Assembly (NCBI GenBank): GCA_951406725.2
Contig: OX597816.1
Span: 154,194,001-154,258,000 of the forward strand
Source: Octopus vulgaris
Taxonomy: Eukaryota
Direction of reading: 5' to 3'
Length of the DNA: 64,000 nt
Below are positions 1-14,991 of the stretch, one piece after another. Each line of letters opens with the position of its first letter. Position 1 is the stretch's first letter. The translations under genes were made by a program, and so were the position numbers. The notes under the pieces were generated by a model. It did not search any database. It was not told the DNA's origin and saw only the letters and a list, made by a program, of their open reading frames with translations.

Positions 1-238
1 AAGGCCAGTTTTCATCAATATTTTTTTGCTGGAAATAGTTAGAAACCGTCGGTCTGGGAAATAGTTGAGATGGTAAACGTTTTTAATTTTCATTCCTTTC
101 GAGAATTTAACCTTTTTTTGTGAAAAACTGCGGTGCATCAGCATGGCCGCAGCTCGTGAGCTGAAACTAGATGAAAGGGAAAAAAATGAAAATATATATA
201 TATATATATACACACATTTTCTTTTTTTTCTTATTCTG

Positions 239-508
239 TAGTTTCAGCTCAGAGCTGCGGCCATGCTGATGCACCGCAGTTTTGCTTCACTGTTATTACT
301 GAGATCCTCCTCCAATATGTGGCACTTGGTGAAGAGTGGAGTTTGATGTAGCTACCCTCATTTGCACCTCTTGCTGTGAGGTAGGTTCATCTGGTACTCT
401 CGACAGGAAGAGGTCCAGCTTTGATTTAAAAACACATATATCTACATTGTACGGATTCCTCAGGCTCTTTGGTAGAATATTAAAAAGCTGTGGGCCCTTG
501 AAACGACT
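239..508 (-). mobile_element. 3' end of a CR1-group LINE (ORF2 C-terminus plus tail)
   Basis: Minus-strand translation FKGPQLFNILPKSLRN...FKSKLDLFLSRVPDEP...SNSTLHQ...* (stop 296-298), followed by the tail gcggtgcatcagcatggccgcagctc..gagctgaaacta. A second tail copy is inverted at 124-169. Confidence 0.7.
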
Positions 509-1072
509 GGCTGAATGTGATTGGGAAGCAAGCTTATAGGCACAGGCATGGCTGTGTAGTATGTAGGAAAAAAATAATCAAAGAATTTAAGAATAAAAGA
601 AGCACATATAGAAAGTCAGTGGAGGCTACAGATTAACTGTAAAATATTTGTTGCACGTGTCAGTAGTGAAAGTAAAGTATTTTTTAAGAAAAAGATTATT
701 GGAAAATCGTATATTAGACTGTAGGAAAGAGTATGCATGTATATACATTTATATAAATTAATAAGAACAGAGATTTATATATCCAGTTTTATTCTGCTGT
801 TAATCACATCTTTCCATTTCTGTACCTACTTATGTTTTTGCTGCAATTTATGTACTTTGCAAAATTTTGCATTTTGGTATTAATTACCACTTGTTCAGGG
901 TGCTATTAACAGCGTTTCAGATCCTATCTGGATAGTAGAATAAACTAACTGGAGTTTTTCTACACTCACAAAGGTTAGCCAGCATTAACCAGTAAAAGTG
1001 AATATGGTACCTGCTAATCCCTACCAACCTAATTTGGAAATTTACATATATATATATATATATGTATATATA

Positions 1073-1425
1073 CTAGCAGCTAAGCCTGGTTTCACCCGGT
1101 CGGTTTGGGTGATGTGGCTGTAAAACCTGCTCTGTGTAAGCATTTGACTTGTTTGGGCATACTTATGTTAAAAAACAATTGTAAAATGACTTTTTTTTTG
1201 TCAAAACGCCAACCAAGTATGACATCACCCCTTCCTTTCTCATTCATAAACATAAGAGTGTTATTATAGTTGATTATCTCGGTGACTATGGGAGCTATGA
1301 AAAAAATACAAAGCCCAGCATCACCACCGGATCATTCTACACATCCGTAATTTTTCACGCAATTCCATCCAGCCATTTGACCATGAATCCCAAGACAAGA
1401 AAAAATCACCCATGTCAAATTTAAA
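1073..1425 (-). mobile_element. Non-autonomous Helitron-like element
   Basis: On the minus strand, hairpin ccgggtgaaaccagg followed about 10 nt later by CTAG|T. The 5' part resembles the other Helitron-N copies in the window. The 5' boundary is approximate. Confidence 0.55.
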
Positions 1426-1443
1426 TGTGTGTGTGTGTGTATA

Positions 1444-1751
1444 TCACGTGATCACGTGACTGACTAGACCATCAGATGTTGCTACACATCGCTGGTCACA
1501 ATGCGTTCGCATTGTTTTAGCCTTCGAATGATGCCACCCTGCTGGCTAAGCGAGCAGGCCAACATAAGAAAGAATGAGAGAAAGTTGCGGCGAAAGAGTA
1601 CAGCAGGGGTCACCACCACCCTCTGCCGGAGCCTCGGGGATCTTTTAGGTGTTTTCGCTCAATAAACACACACAACGCCTGGTCTGGGAATTGAAACCGC
1701 GATCCTATGACCGCGAGTCCGCTGCCCTAGCCACTGGGCCATTGCACCTCC
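1444..1751 (-). mobile_element. tRNA-derived SINE (family 1)
   Basis: Head ggaggtgcaatggcccagtgg...ggtttcaattccc with A/B-box-like motifs. Close second copy at 54881-55187. Confidence 0.8.
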
Positions 1752-1808
1752 GTGTATATATATATATACAAACAAATATATATATATATATATATACAAA
1801 CAAATATA

Positions 1809-1850
<42 letters not shown>

Positions 1851-2085
1851 AATTTATTTAAATATTGATCTTATCAAGTGGCCAGCATGGGAATAAAAAC
1901 CTTCAAAGGTAATAATTATTATTAAAATTATAATTTAGGATGTCTAAGAGATACCACCACGCTGGAAATACCAGCCAAATCTTGACTCTAAAACCACAAT
2001 TAAATGTTCATACAGCACCAGGAGAGATGACAAAATAGACTAGCGAAAAATTGCTGAATAATTCCAGATCCCGGATTTCTGGCTT

Positions 2086-2147
<62 letters not shown>

Positions 2148-2185
2148 CATGTGTGTGCGTGTATGTATGAATGAATGTATCCGTA

Positions 2186-2417
2186 CAGTGGGGTGCAAAA
2201 GTAGGTATACAGTTATGAATAACATGCACAATCCTCATTTGTTTCTATCAAAAAAATTATAAGTTATGATAAAAATATTATTATAGTTATGATAAATGTT
2301 TTATTATGATTAATGATACTGAAAATATCAAAATTGAGGCTAACTAATTTAATTTGCTAATAATTTTAACATTGATGCAATACTTACTGTATACCTACTT
2401 TTGTACACACACCCATG
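2186..2417. mobile_element. Tc1/mariner-type MITE
   Basis: TA-flanked inverted termini cagtggggtgcaaaagtaggtatacagt ... actgtatacctacttttgtacac around an AT-rich interior. Confidence 0.6.
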
Positions 2418-2434
2418 TATGTGTGTGTGTATCT

Positions 2435-2742
2435 GAGGCGCAGGAGTGACTGTGTGGTAAGTAGCTTGCTTACCAACCACCTGGTTCCGGGTTCAGTCCT
2501 ACTGCGTGGCACCTTGGGAAAGTGTCTTCTACTATAGCCTCAGGACGACCAAAGCCTTGTGAGTGGATTTGGTAGATGGAAACTGAAAGAAGCCCGTCAT
2601 ATATGTGTGTGTGTGTGTGTGAGTGTGTGTTCGTATGTTAATAAGTACTAGGCTTGCAAAGAATAAGTACTGGGGTCGATTTGCTTGACTAAAGGCGGTT
2701 CTCCAGCATGGCCACAGTCAAATGACTGAAACAAGTTAAAGA

Positions 2743-2743
<1 letters not shown>
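2435..2743 (+). mobile_element. tRNA-derived SINE (family 2, CORE-like centre, LINE-type tail)
   Basis: gaggcgcaggagtgactgtgtggtaag...gggttcagtcc...caccttggg...; tail ggcggttctccagcatggccacagtcaaatgactgaaac. Further copies at about 3120-3400, 14070-14210, 23825-24095, 50890-51050 and 60721-61130. Confidence 0.8.
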
Positions 2744-2791
<48 letters not shown>

Positions 2792-2958
2792 GCAAGTTGA
2801 GTCAACTCTGTGACTTTTGAGGGTATGTGGGACATGTTCAACTTGTCAGAAAGCACAAGAGTGAGATATTTGGAGAAACTCAAGATGACCTGATCCGACT
2901 AGTAGAGATTAAATATTCAGCAGGCATCTTGAATTAGTCTCAAATCTCTCACACTTCA

Positions 2959-3010
2959 GACTTCTGATGAGATGGATATGTTCTGTGGACCCATGAAACT
3001 TTGTCATGTG
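2959..3010 (+). ncRNA. Degenerate hammerhead ribozyme-like motif in a TA-flanked short element (about 2790-3105)
   Basis: CTGATGA-G-ATGG(15 nt)CCAT-GAAAC-ttt-GTC. Core and stem II are intact. Stem I (gactt/atgtg) is mismatched. Confidence 0.45.
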
Positions 3011-3598
3011 GAGCTGAGTTAAACTGTTATGAATAAATTTATGTAACTCCTACCAAGGATGTTGAGTGTTACTTTCTTATATTTGTCTATTCACTTGTAT
3101 GTGTGTAATATATATATATTATCTTTTAGTTGTTCCATTGATTGAACCCAGTATTTATTATTAAGTCAGGCTGTAATTCTATTGGTATCTTTTGTGAAAC
3201 TGCTAAGTTATGGGGACATAAACAAATGAACACCAGCTGTCTCACACACACACGAGGCTTCTTTCCATTTCCATCTACCAAATCCACTCACAAGGCTTTG
3301 GTCAGCATGGGGCTATAGTAGAAGACGCTCACCCAATGGGACTGAATCCAGAACTATGTTGTTGGGAAGCACACTTGTTTTTACCACACTGCCATGCCTG
3401 TGCTTATATCAAGGTTGGTAACAAGTTGGTAATAGAAAAAGCATTTGGCTGTAGAAAATTCTGCCATCACATACCCATCTAAATATAGAAGAGTATGCAT
3501 TAAAATGATGATGATATATATATATATCATTTTAAGGTGGTGCTCCAGCATAGCCGCAATAAAAATGACTGAAACAAGTAAAAGAATACATATATGTA

Positions 3599-4735
3599 CT
3601 GGGCTTTGCAAAAGTCCTGTTACACGTGTTACAATACTTTCAACATTGTTTTAACATATAAATATGTGTTTAAATATGAAATATTAAGCAATTTGGCCAC
3701 CCTTGGCAGTGAGCATGTGCTCCAGGCGAGACCTGAAGGCTGTGCACACATTGTGAATGAAGCCCTTCTTCATGCTGGCCCACATGCGGTTGATGGAGGA
3801 CTTCATCTTGTCAGTGTTGTGGCAGACCTTGCAGGCTGTGCCCTCAACATGCACCCACATGCTGTAGTCAAGGGGGTTGAAGTCAGGTGACTGCAGCAGC
3901 CAAAAGTCCTTCCACTAGAAGTTCATGTGGGCTGGGGCACCATCCTGCTGAAAGATGTAGCCTGCCTTCTTTGTGATCGTTCTTACCCAGAGCAGGACTT
4001 TTGTGACCAAGATGTCCCTGTATTTGGCTGCAGTGAGCCTGTAACTGACCACGAGCCACACTGGTGGCATCATCACAAAGGCTGGGTGCTTGGTCATGGA
4101 CATGTAGTGGATCTCAAAGATATCCTGGCTGAAGCTGACCATGCAGTTGTTGCTGCTTGTTGATGACTAGATCAATCATGAAGGTTTTTTCATCAGAAAA
4201 AATGAGAATTCAATTGCCATGTCACTTCAAGTCATTGAGAAGGCGATGACAGTGCTCCTAACCTTGTTCTCACATATGGTCGGTGAGCAGAGGCTTTTCC
4301 ATGCACCTAAAGCTCTTACCACCCTCTTCCTTGATGGCCCTGGACACGGTGGCCACCAAGATGTTTTTTGTGAGTGCAGTCATTTTGAATGTCAGTTCAC
4401 TTTCAAAGACCTTTCTCACAGCCAACTTGAGGTCTGCCTGACTGAGGTCATTCTTTAAGGTCTTTCCCATTCTTGACCCTCTCCATGACTCTGTAAACAG
4501 TCATCTGGCTGATGTTGTGATGTTTGGTGATGTCAGACTTGTGGCCCACGCACAAGAGAGCAGAGATCTCGATTCTTTTCACTTCTATCTCAATACACAA
4601 TGGAAAAGATATTTTAATGACATGTGTTGCAAAATGTAGAACTTTATGTATGTTTGACAGCACTTTTTCTAGCACTATCACACACGTTAACCTCAAAAGA
4701 TCAAAACAGTGTAACATGACTTCAGCAAAGCCCGG
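3599..4735 (-). mobile_element. Decayed Tc1/mariner element, maT/DD37D-like
   Basis: TA-flanked TIRs ctgggctttgcaaaagtcctgttacac / gtgtaacatgacttcagcaaagcccgg. Transposase motifs FSDEK, YIFQQDGAPAH and SPDFNPLDYSMW with frameshifts. Confidence 0.85.
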
Positions 4736-4819
4736 TATATATATCATGTAGAAATATTTTAATACTAAATTTATTCAGGCATTCCAGAATTGATACAGAT
4801 GATCGTTAACCTCCACAAT

Positions 4820-5130
4820 TGCAAGAGGTGCTCAAAGTGGTCGCCATTAGCTTCCAGACACTTATTAGTACAGCAAACTGCTCCTTTGGAAAACATTAGC
4901 CAAAGTGTTCAAAGGATTGCTGCTCATGCCATTCAATTTCTTCCCAAAGGGCCATCAGTATAGTCAGTCTTTTGCAATACATGACGTCCTTTATGGTGCC
5001 CTATAAGTAAAAGTCTTCAAGTGTTTAATTGAGAGAATGTGCAGAGAACTCAACTGCATTTCTCCATCCTTTCCAGTGCCCTTGAAAATTCTCATCCAGG
5101 TGAGCTTGCACACCTTGGCTGTAGTGTGGT
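4820..5130 (-). mobile_element. Tc1/mariner transposase C-terminal remnant
   Basis: Minus-strand DFYL*GTIKDVMY ... EANGDHFEHLL. Confidence 0.55.
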
Positions 5131-5324
5131 AGGGAAAATGGTCCTTTTAAACCTCTTGATGACACTTCACACCAAACATTAAACCCCTGGTAAATTGACT
5201 ATTTTGTCCAGATACCAAAAAAAAAAAAGGTAAAACAGGATAAAAGTTGATGTATACAAAATGTGTGTGTGCCTGTGTGCATACATATTTTAATATATTT
5301 ATATACTTTCATTTTATTTTCCAG

Positions 5325-5371
5325 TAATTCTTTTGTTGATTTATACCATGAAATCTCCAAGAATAAAAAAG
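5325..5371 (+). CDS. senju: SLC35A/senju-like nucleotide-sugar transporter, short internal exon
   Basis: Pyrimidine-rich ...ttttccag acceptor and g|gtaagg donor. The 47 nt encode NSFVDLYHEISKNKK and end in phase 1, joining the next exon in frame (g+tt = Val). Position matches the segment preceding the 'LYMVPAFLY' region of senju-type proteins. Confidence 0.75.
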
Positions 5372-7306
5372 GTAAGGCTGAAACAAACTTAGTTTTATTC
5401 TGTGGTAACCCTGAACTTCTTCAGGGCTAAGTATTGTACAGCTGACCATAATCCTGCAACTGTTGTGATGTGTCTGTCTTTGCTGGCCTCTCTGTTTGCC
5501 AGGTGTAATAACATTGAGCTATGAAAATGATTGTTCAAAAAAGAAGAGAAGAAAAATATATGCATAACAACATTCTTCCTCATCTTAAACAGAATTACTA
5601 AGTAATTAAATGGTTGTGTTTTCATTTGTTATAACCAATGATTAGACTAATCATGTTATTTTATACAGATAATTGCATAGTTGTAGCTGCAGCCTTTTTC
5701 ACTTAATGATTTTAATTGCAATAGAATAATCGGACAGTGCAATAATGTAGTGAGCATATTTTTCAGTATATAAGACACACATAATAATAAACTCGCAATC
5801 AGTTTTATAATCCAAACTAGAATCTATTCAAATGACTGTGCTTTTTCCTTATACATTTATGGCCTTGTTTTGATGTGAGAAATCATTATTATTATAGGGA
5901 AACACTTACAATTCTGATGTACCATGACTTGCATATCTCTCACAAACCATTCATCTGTTCAATATTTCTTAACAACCACTAGTTTTCTCTCTCTTGCCCT
6001 TGTAGAAGTTGACAGATACGGTGATGCTGATTAATTGGATGTGACACCTTCTTGTTCTACATGATTGACTATCCATGTCATTATACATGCTCTTCCCAAC
6101 CAAGATTTTTATCATCTAAATATGGCTGCTGTCAACTTATTTCTTCTGCTGGATTTACTGGCATGCATTCTTTTCATTCTTTTCATTCAACAAGCCTTCA
6201 TGATGACACTTCTGTGCCTCTTTCTTTTCATCATTTGCAAGAGCAAGTACAATACTATCACTCCTTATATTCTTTCCCCAATAACCTCTTGATTTTTCCC
6301 TAGCAGTCTGTTTTGCAATCCAGAATTTGTCATATCTCTGATCTTCCTGTTGCAGGATATGTTTGAAATTACAGACTGTATTCAGAAATTAGTGGTTATA
6401 CTTTACAATTTCTATAACCACAAACTTCCATAACTTGGGGCAGTCACAATGCAGGGGATGCCAGTATTTTATTTCTTTTATTTACTTTTAATGATAAATT
6501 CATACAGAAATTGATAAGTTAGATATTCGTCTTTCATATATTTATGTATATATCATCATCATCATTTAATATCTGTTTTCCATTCTGGTGTGGGGTCAAT
6601 GGTTTGACAGAATTTAGTGAGCACTGAGCACCACATCAAGCTTCAATGTCAGCATTGACATGGTCTCTATGGCTGAATGCCCTTCCTGATGCCATCCACT
6701 TTACTGTGTGTCACTGGCACTAGTGATGTTGCAAGCCGAGTACAGGAAAAGGGAAGAAAAAAAAGTTAAGTAAATAGCTCTTTGCTCAAGTGGCGGTGTA
6801 TTTGAAAGAGAGGTGTTGAGGGGCTAAATTATGGTAGAGGGACAGGCACTGGAATCTTGCCAAAGAGGAGACATTTGGCTAAATATTCCTCCCTCTGCAT
6901 TATATAGGGGTAGCTGGTAGTCGTTAGAAAGAAGGTGGTGATGAGATGTCAGAGCATCTCAAAACAGGTGAGTATAAGAGAGGACACACAGTGGATCAGG
7001 TGGGAGAGATAAGCTGAGAGTGATACAAGTGGCTTAGGGAGTAGAATAAATCAGAAAGTAGGGGAATGATGTACAAGGCATTGGATTTATGAGGAGGGAA
7101 ATGTAGAATTACATGTAATATAGTGGGTGGGGCATGATGGCAGTATGAGAGTTTGTTGAGAATGATGGCAGATTTGGGAGGTGTTAGGGTAGAGTGTGGC
7201 AGAGGGAAGAATGTGGTGGCTTAAGGCACAGAAAGGTGATTGATAGAAATGGTGTGGGAAGGAATGATAATGGGAATCAGAGAAGGAAGTGCTTCCAAGG
7301 AGTAAC

Positions 7307-7392
<86 letters not shown>

Positions 7393-7435
7393 TTATATAT
7401 ATATATTTATATATATATTAATTTATTATAGAAGG

Positions 7436-7486
7436 AGCTTCTACAGGACTAGAACTGTTTCATTCAAGAGAAATCATCAGGAAGCT
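7436..7486 (-). ncRNA. Type I hammerhead ribozyme-like motif in a TA-flanked short element (about 7420-7693)
   Basis: Minus strand reads AGCTTC-CTGATGA-tttctcttgaat-GAA-ACAG-ttctagtc-CTGT-A-GAAGCT. Stem I is 6 bp, stem III is 4 bp, cleavage triplet GUA. Stem II is weak (TTC/GAA). Confidence 0.65.
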
Positions 7487-7694
7487 AGTTAACAAGAATT
7501 GTTTTGGCATTTATACATTTAGGCAGGTTTAAAGGGGTGGTGGTGGGGGACTTTTTGGGGGTAGGCATAGCGCAAAAATATCATACTTAGGGGAGTGGTC
7601 AAGGAGTCAGTGGTAAAGTAGATAAAAGAATAAATAAAAGAATAAAAAAAATAAATAGAAGGATAGAGTTTTAGGTAACTAAGGAGGCTCTCAC

Positions 7695-9371
<1,677 letters not shown>

Positions 9372-9468
9372 CGGGAAGCTTTATGAAAATAAACAAAAGA
9401 CGAAGGCAGGTGGAAAACAAACGAACAATTGTATTAGTATGGCGCTCAGGAAATATAAATAAAACAAG

Positions 9469-9506
9469 TCTTTAACGTTTCGAGCCTACGCTCTTCAACA
9501 GAAAGA
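9469..9506 (-). ncRNA. Minimal hammerhead-like motif (A6U core variant) in the PLE terminal repeat
   Basis: Minus strand reads TCTTT-CTGTTGA-A-GAGC(gtag)GCTC-GAAACGT-T-AAAGA, with a palindromic ACGT stem III. Confidence 0.7.
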
Positions 9507-9992
9507 TACACAGAGAGAGAAAAACACAGAAAGAAGGAGAGAAAAAATGCGTGCAGTAGCTAACGAATCAACATGGCGATCTGATTTCGGCCAGAGGTCA
9601 AAGATCAAACATGAGACGCGAGAGCGAAATAAGGGGAGATAATAGGGTTGAGGGACCAGCTAAAAGTGCGTGGGAGGGGTCTGGATGTGTATGTATAGGG
9701 TTGGTGTATGTATTAGTATGTATAAGGGTGTGTGTGTGTGTGTGTGTGTGTATGAGAGAGTATCAGTGCGTGGGATTGGTCTGGACGTGCGTATGTATGG
9801 GGTTGGTGTATGTATTAGTATGTATTAGTATGTATTAGTACGTATTGGTATGTATAGGTGTGTGTGTGTGTGTGTGAGAGAGTATAAGTGCGTATGCGGG
9901 GTCTGGACGTGTGTATGTATAGGGTTGGTGTAAGTATTAGTATGTACTAGTATGTATTAGTACGTATTAGTATGTATTAGTTGGTGTGTGTA

Positions 9993-12060
<2,068 letters not shown>

Positions 12061-12354
12061 CACGCATCCATATATACACATAAGTACACACATGCGTAAA
12101 AGTATACATATATTTATACATATGCTTACACATAGACACACACACACTCACACACACGCGCGCCTAATAATATGTTCATATACTTACATGCATACTAATA
12201 TATAAAAATAAATAATAAATAATAATATTTATATATATATATATATTTATATATATAATATATATGTATGTATGTATATGTGTGTGTGACCACGTGTGTA
12301 CCGTTGGCGATTTTTTTCTCCGTCTTCCCTTCTCTGGATCTTTCCTTTTCCTAT

Positions 12355-12389
12355 GTTTCTGACGAAGAGCTCCACTCGAAACGTAAAAC
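12355..12389 (+). ncRNA. Minimal type I hammerhead ribozyme motif, canonical core, in a PLE-type terminal repeat (about 12290-12492)
   Basis: GTTT-CTGACGA-A-GAG(ctcca)CTC-GAAACGT-A-AAAC. Palindromic stem III and GUA cleavage triplet. The element ends at (TA)n. Confidence 0.8.
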
Positions 12390-12491
12390 CCTCTTTCTTC
12401 CCTTCCTTCCTGAGCATCCAATAATACTATATTTGTTCCACGTCCTCACGTTGTTGTGTTTTCTCTTGGTGTTTTCATAGTTTGGATTAAC

Positions 12492-12524
<33 letters not shown>

Positions 12525-12609
12525 GTGTGTGCATCTATCTATTTACATATGTGTGTGTGTTTGTATGTATATATATGTATATATATTCTTCAATTTTTAT
12601 TTCTTTCAG

Positions 12610-12749
12610 TTTTCCTCTTCTATTTTGTGCCTGCAGCACTGTACAGTCTCTATAACAATCTTCAGTTTGTCAACCTGGTCAACTTTGATCCTACTACATA
12701 TTATCTTTTGTTGCAATTTCGAGTTGTTGTAACTGGAATATTATTTCAG
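12610..12749 (+). CDS. senju: SLC35A/senju-like nucleotide-sugar transporter, internal exon
   Basis: ttctttcag acceptor and cag|gtaaac donor. Encodes FLFYFVPAALYSLYNNLQFVNLVNFDPTTYYLLLQFRVVVTGILFQ, a hallmark SLC35A segment. Confidence 0.93.
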
Positions 12750-13679
12750 GTAAACTTAATATATTTATTATCTGTAAAGTGTACTCCTTTCAGGTGGTTT
12801 TGGGTTCAGTCTCTCTCCCTGTGTGTGTGTCTCCCTCTTTTACAGGCTTACATGGAAAAATGGTTATTAAAATATGATAAGTACTTTTCTACCATCCTCA
12901 ACCTATTACTCTGTATCTACTATCATACCCTCGTCCCTCCATCCATCTTGTCTCATCTTCTGTCAACAATCTTTCTACTTCTCACCTTTTTAGTCTGTTA
13001 TACCTTGAGCAAACAAGCCAACCAGAGAATACTGAGGACTCTAGTACTGAGTACTTGTACATTCTAAGACTCCAAGATAAAAGACAATCTTCATTATAAT
13101 CATCATCATCATTCTACATCCACTTTCCATGTTGGCATGGGTTTTATTAGAAGATATATAGATAGAAATAAGGAAGATCTGAAATTAATGTAATTAAATG
13201 TAAAATATATTGACTATCAAAATGTTGTTAAAGGAATATTGGTATTTATTTGATCAAACATGGTTATCTATTTATAAGTTGAAAGGGTTTATAGTATTTT
13301 GTAAGTTTTATAAGATTTGATACCTATTAGAGGGGATTATTTCAAAATATCTATTAAGCAGCTTTAGTTTAGTGACTGAAAATTTATATAATTTAAACAC
13401 ATGCACATATTTATATATACATGTATATACATATGCATACACATACATTCATCATCATCGCTTTAACAACCACTTTTCCACGGTCTGGATGCCCTTCCTA
13501 TTGCCACCTCTCTCCTGTTTCCAAACAAGTTAATATTTCCTCATGGCCAGACAAGTTTTTGCACAATATTGAAACAATGACATTGCTTGTATGACTGACT
13601 CTCATAACTATATGCGATGTCAAGACAAGGAGACATAAACATATACACTCTAACATACACATATATACAGATATATACA

Positions 13680-14043
13680 GCCCATTTAAGAGTACCCTTC
13701 AATCATTGGGCAATAAACTGCGCTTGTGAAGACCTGTTGAGGCAAGTGAAGTCATTGTCATGGCCGATGACAGTACCGCCTGATTGGCACCCATGCCGGT
13801 GGCACGTAAAAAGCATCATTAAAGTGTGGCCGATGCCAGTACTGCCTGACTGGCCCTCATGCTGGTGATATGTAAAAAGCACCCACTACACTCTTGGAGT
13901 GGTTGGCATTAGGAAGGGCATTGAGCTGTAGAAACATTGCCAGATTGGATTGGAGCCTAGTGCAGCCTCTTGGCTTGCCAGCCCTCAGTCAAACTGTTCA
14001 GCCCATACCAGCATGGAAAGCAGACATTAAACGATGATGATGA
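13680..14043 (+). mobile_element. RTE-related non-autonomous element / RTE 3' region with (GAT)n tail
   Basis: ggcacgtaaaaagca...ggagtggttggcattaggaagggcat...agcatggaaagcagacattaaacgatgatgat. Related copies at about 6553-6720, 27189-27404, 32650-32707, 36443-36566, 45050-45180, 57440-57786 and 59980-60220. Confidence 0.7.
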
Positions 14044-14268
14044 TACATATATATAAATACATACATACATGATGGGCTTTTCTATTTCCATCTACCGAAT
14101 CTACTGACAAGGTTTTAGTCAGCTCAAGAGTATAATAGAAGCTATTTCTCCTAGGTGTAGGACTGAACCCAAAATCATTTGGTTGGGAATTAAACCTCTT
14201 AACCTATCAACTACATCAGTTTGTAGATTTAGGATTTTACATTATCTCTTATTTCTCTTTCTTTTCAG

Positions 14269-14976
14269 ATTCTCTTCAACAAACGTCTTAGGTGTATTCA
14301 ATGGGTATCTGTCATTCTACTCACTATTGGATGTCTTATCAAAGAACTTGGTCATGTGAAAGTTATGACTGTAGCATCACCACCAGCTACTGCTGTTTTG
14401 ACTGCTGCAAGTACAAATGTCAGGAAAAATGTAAACATTACTTCACAATTTGGCTTTTCTATATTCCTCATCATGATCCAAGTGTTCTCTTCCTGTTTTG
14501 CTGGTGTCTACAATGAGTATCTGCTGAAAGACAAAGCCTGCAATGTGCATATCATGGTGCAAAATATTTTCATGTATATTCAGTCAATAATATGCAATGG
14601 TGCTCTGCTCATATTTCGAGGGGAGCTAGTCAATTCTTTAACACTGAACAGTCTGATGTCTGTTTTCCAGGTGAAAGTGATGTTGATTATGTTAAACAAT
14701 GCCTCAATTGGCATTGTGGTCAGCTTGTTCTTACATTCTCTGAACTCTATTCTAAAAACTTTTGCTAGTGCTTTAGAACTTGTTTTCACAGCCATTCTCT
14801 GTTGGATCATTTTCAACATTCCCATTGACGTTTATACGATTGGCTCTATCTTCATTGTTACTGCTGCTACATTTATGTATGCACTAAATCCAGTTGTTAA
14901 CCGTCCAAAGAACACTACAGAAAAAGAACTCCAGCTCAGTGTTGATGAAAAATCTCGAGACAGCCAACCAGTTTAA
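14269..14976 (+). CDS. senju: SLC35A/senju-like nucleotide-sugar transporter, terminal coding exon
   Basis: cttttcag acceptor, phase 0. Reads ILFNKRLRCIQWVSVILLTIGCLIKE...SCFAGVYNEYLLK...VQNIFMY...LNSILKTFASALEL... to a TAA at 14974-14976. Multi-TM SLC35A motifs present. Confidence 0.93.
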   Translation: MLFNKRLRCIQWVSVILLTIGCLIKELGHVKVMTVASPPATAVLTAASTNVRKNVNITSQFGFSIFLIMIQVFSSCFAGVYNEYLLKDKACNVHIMVQNIFMYIQSIICNGALLIFRGELVNSLTLNSLMSVFQVKVMLIMLNNASIGIVVSLFLHSLNSILKTFASALELVFTAILCWIIFNIPIDVYTIGSIFIVTAATFMYALNPVVNRPKNTTEKELQLSVDEKSRDSQPV

Positions 14977-14991
14977 TTTGTGTGATTTGAA

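Noticed and set aside
4185-4200. CTGATGA matches as hammerhead cores (also about 32551, 39765, 43563, 52444, 63473)
   Set aside because: They lie in transposase or RT codons (FSDE, ADDL, SDEH) or lack stem II-GAAA and stem I.
5395-5625. 76-aa minus-strand ORF next to the short exon
   Set aside because: No recognisable domain or supported splice structure; antisense to the intron.
12456-13067. 203-aa ORF as a single coding unit
   Set aside because: Only 12610-12749 is bounded by splice sites and resembles SLC35A. The rest is intron read-through.
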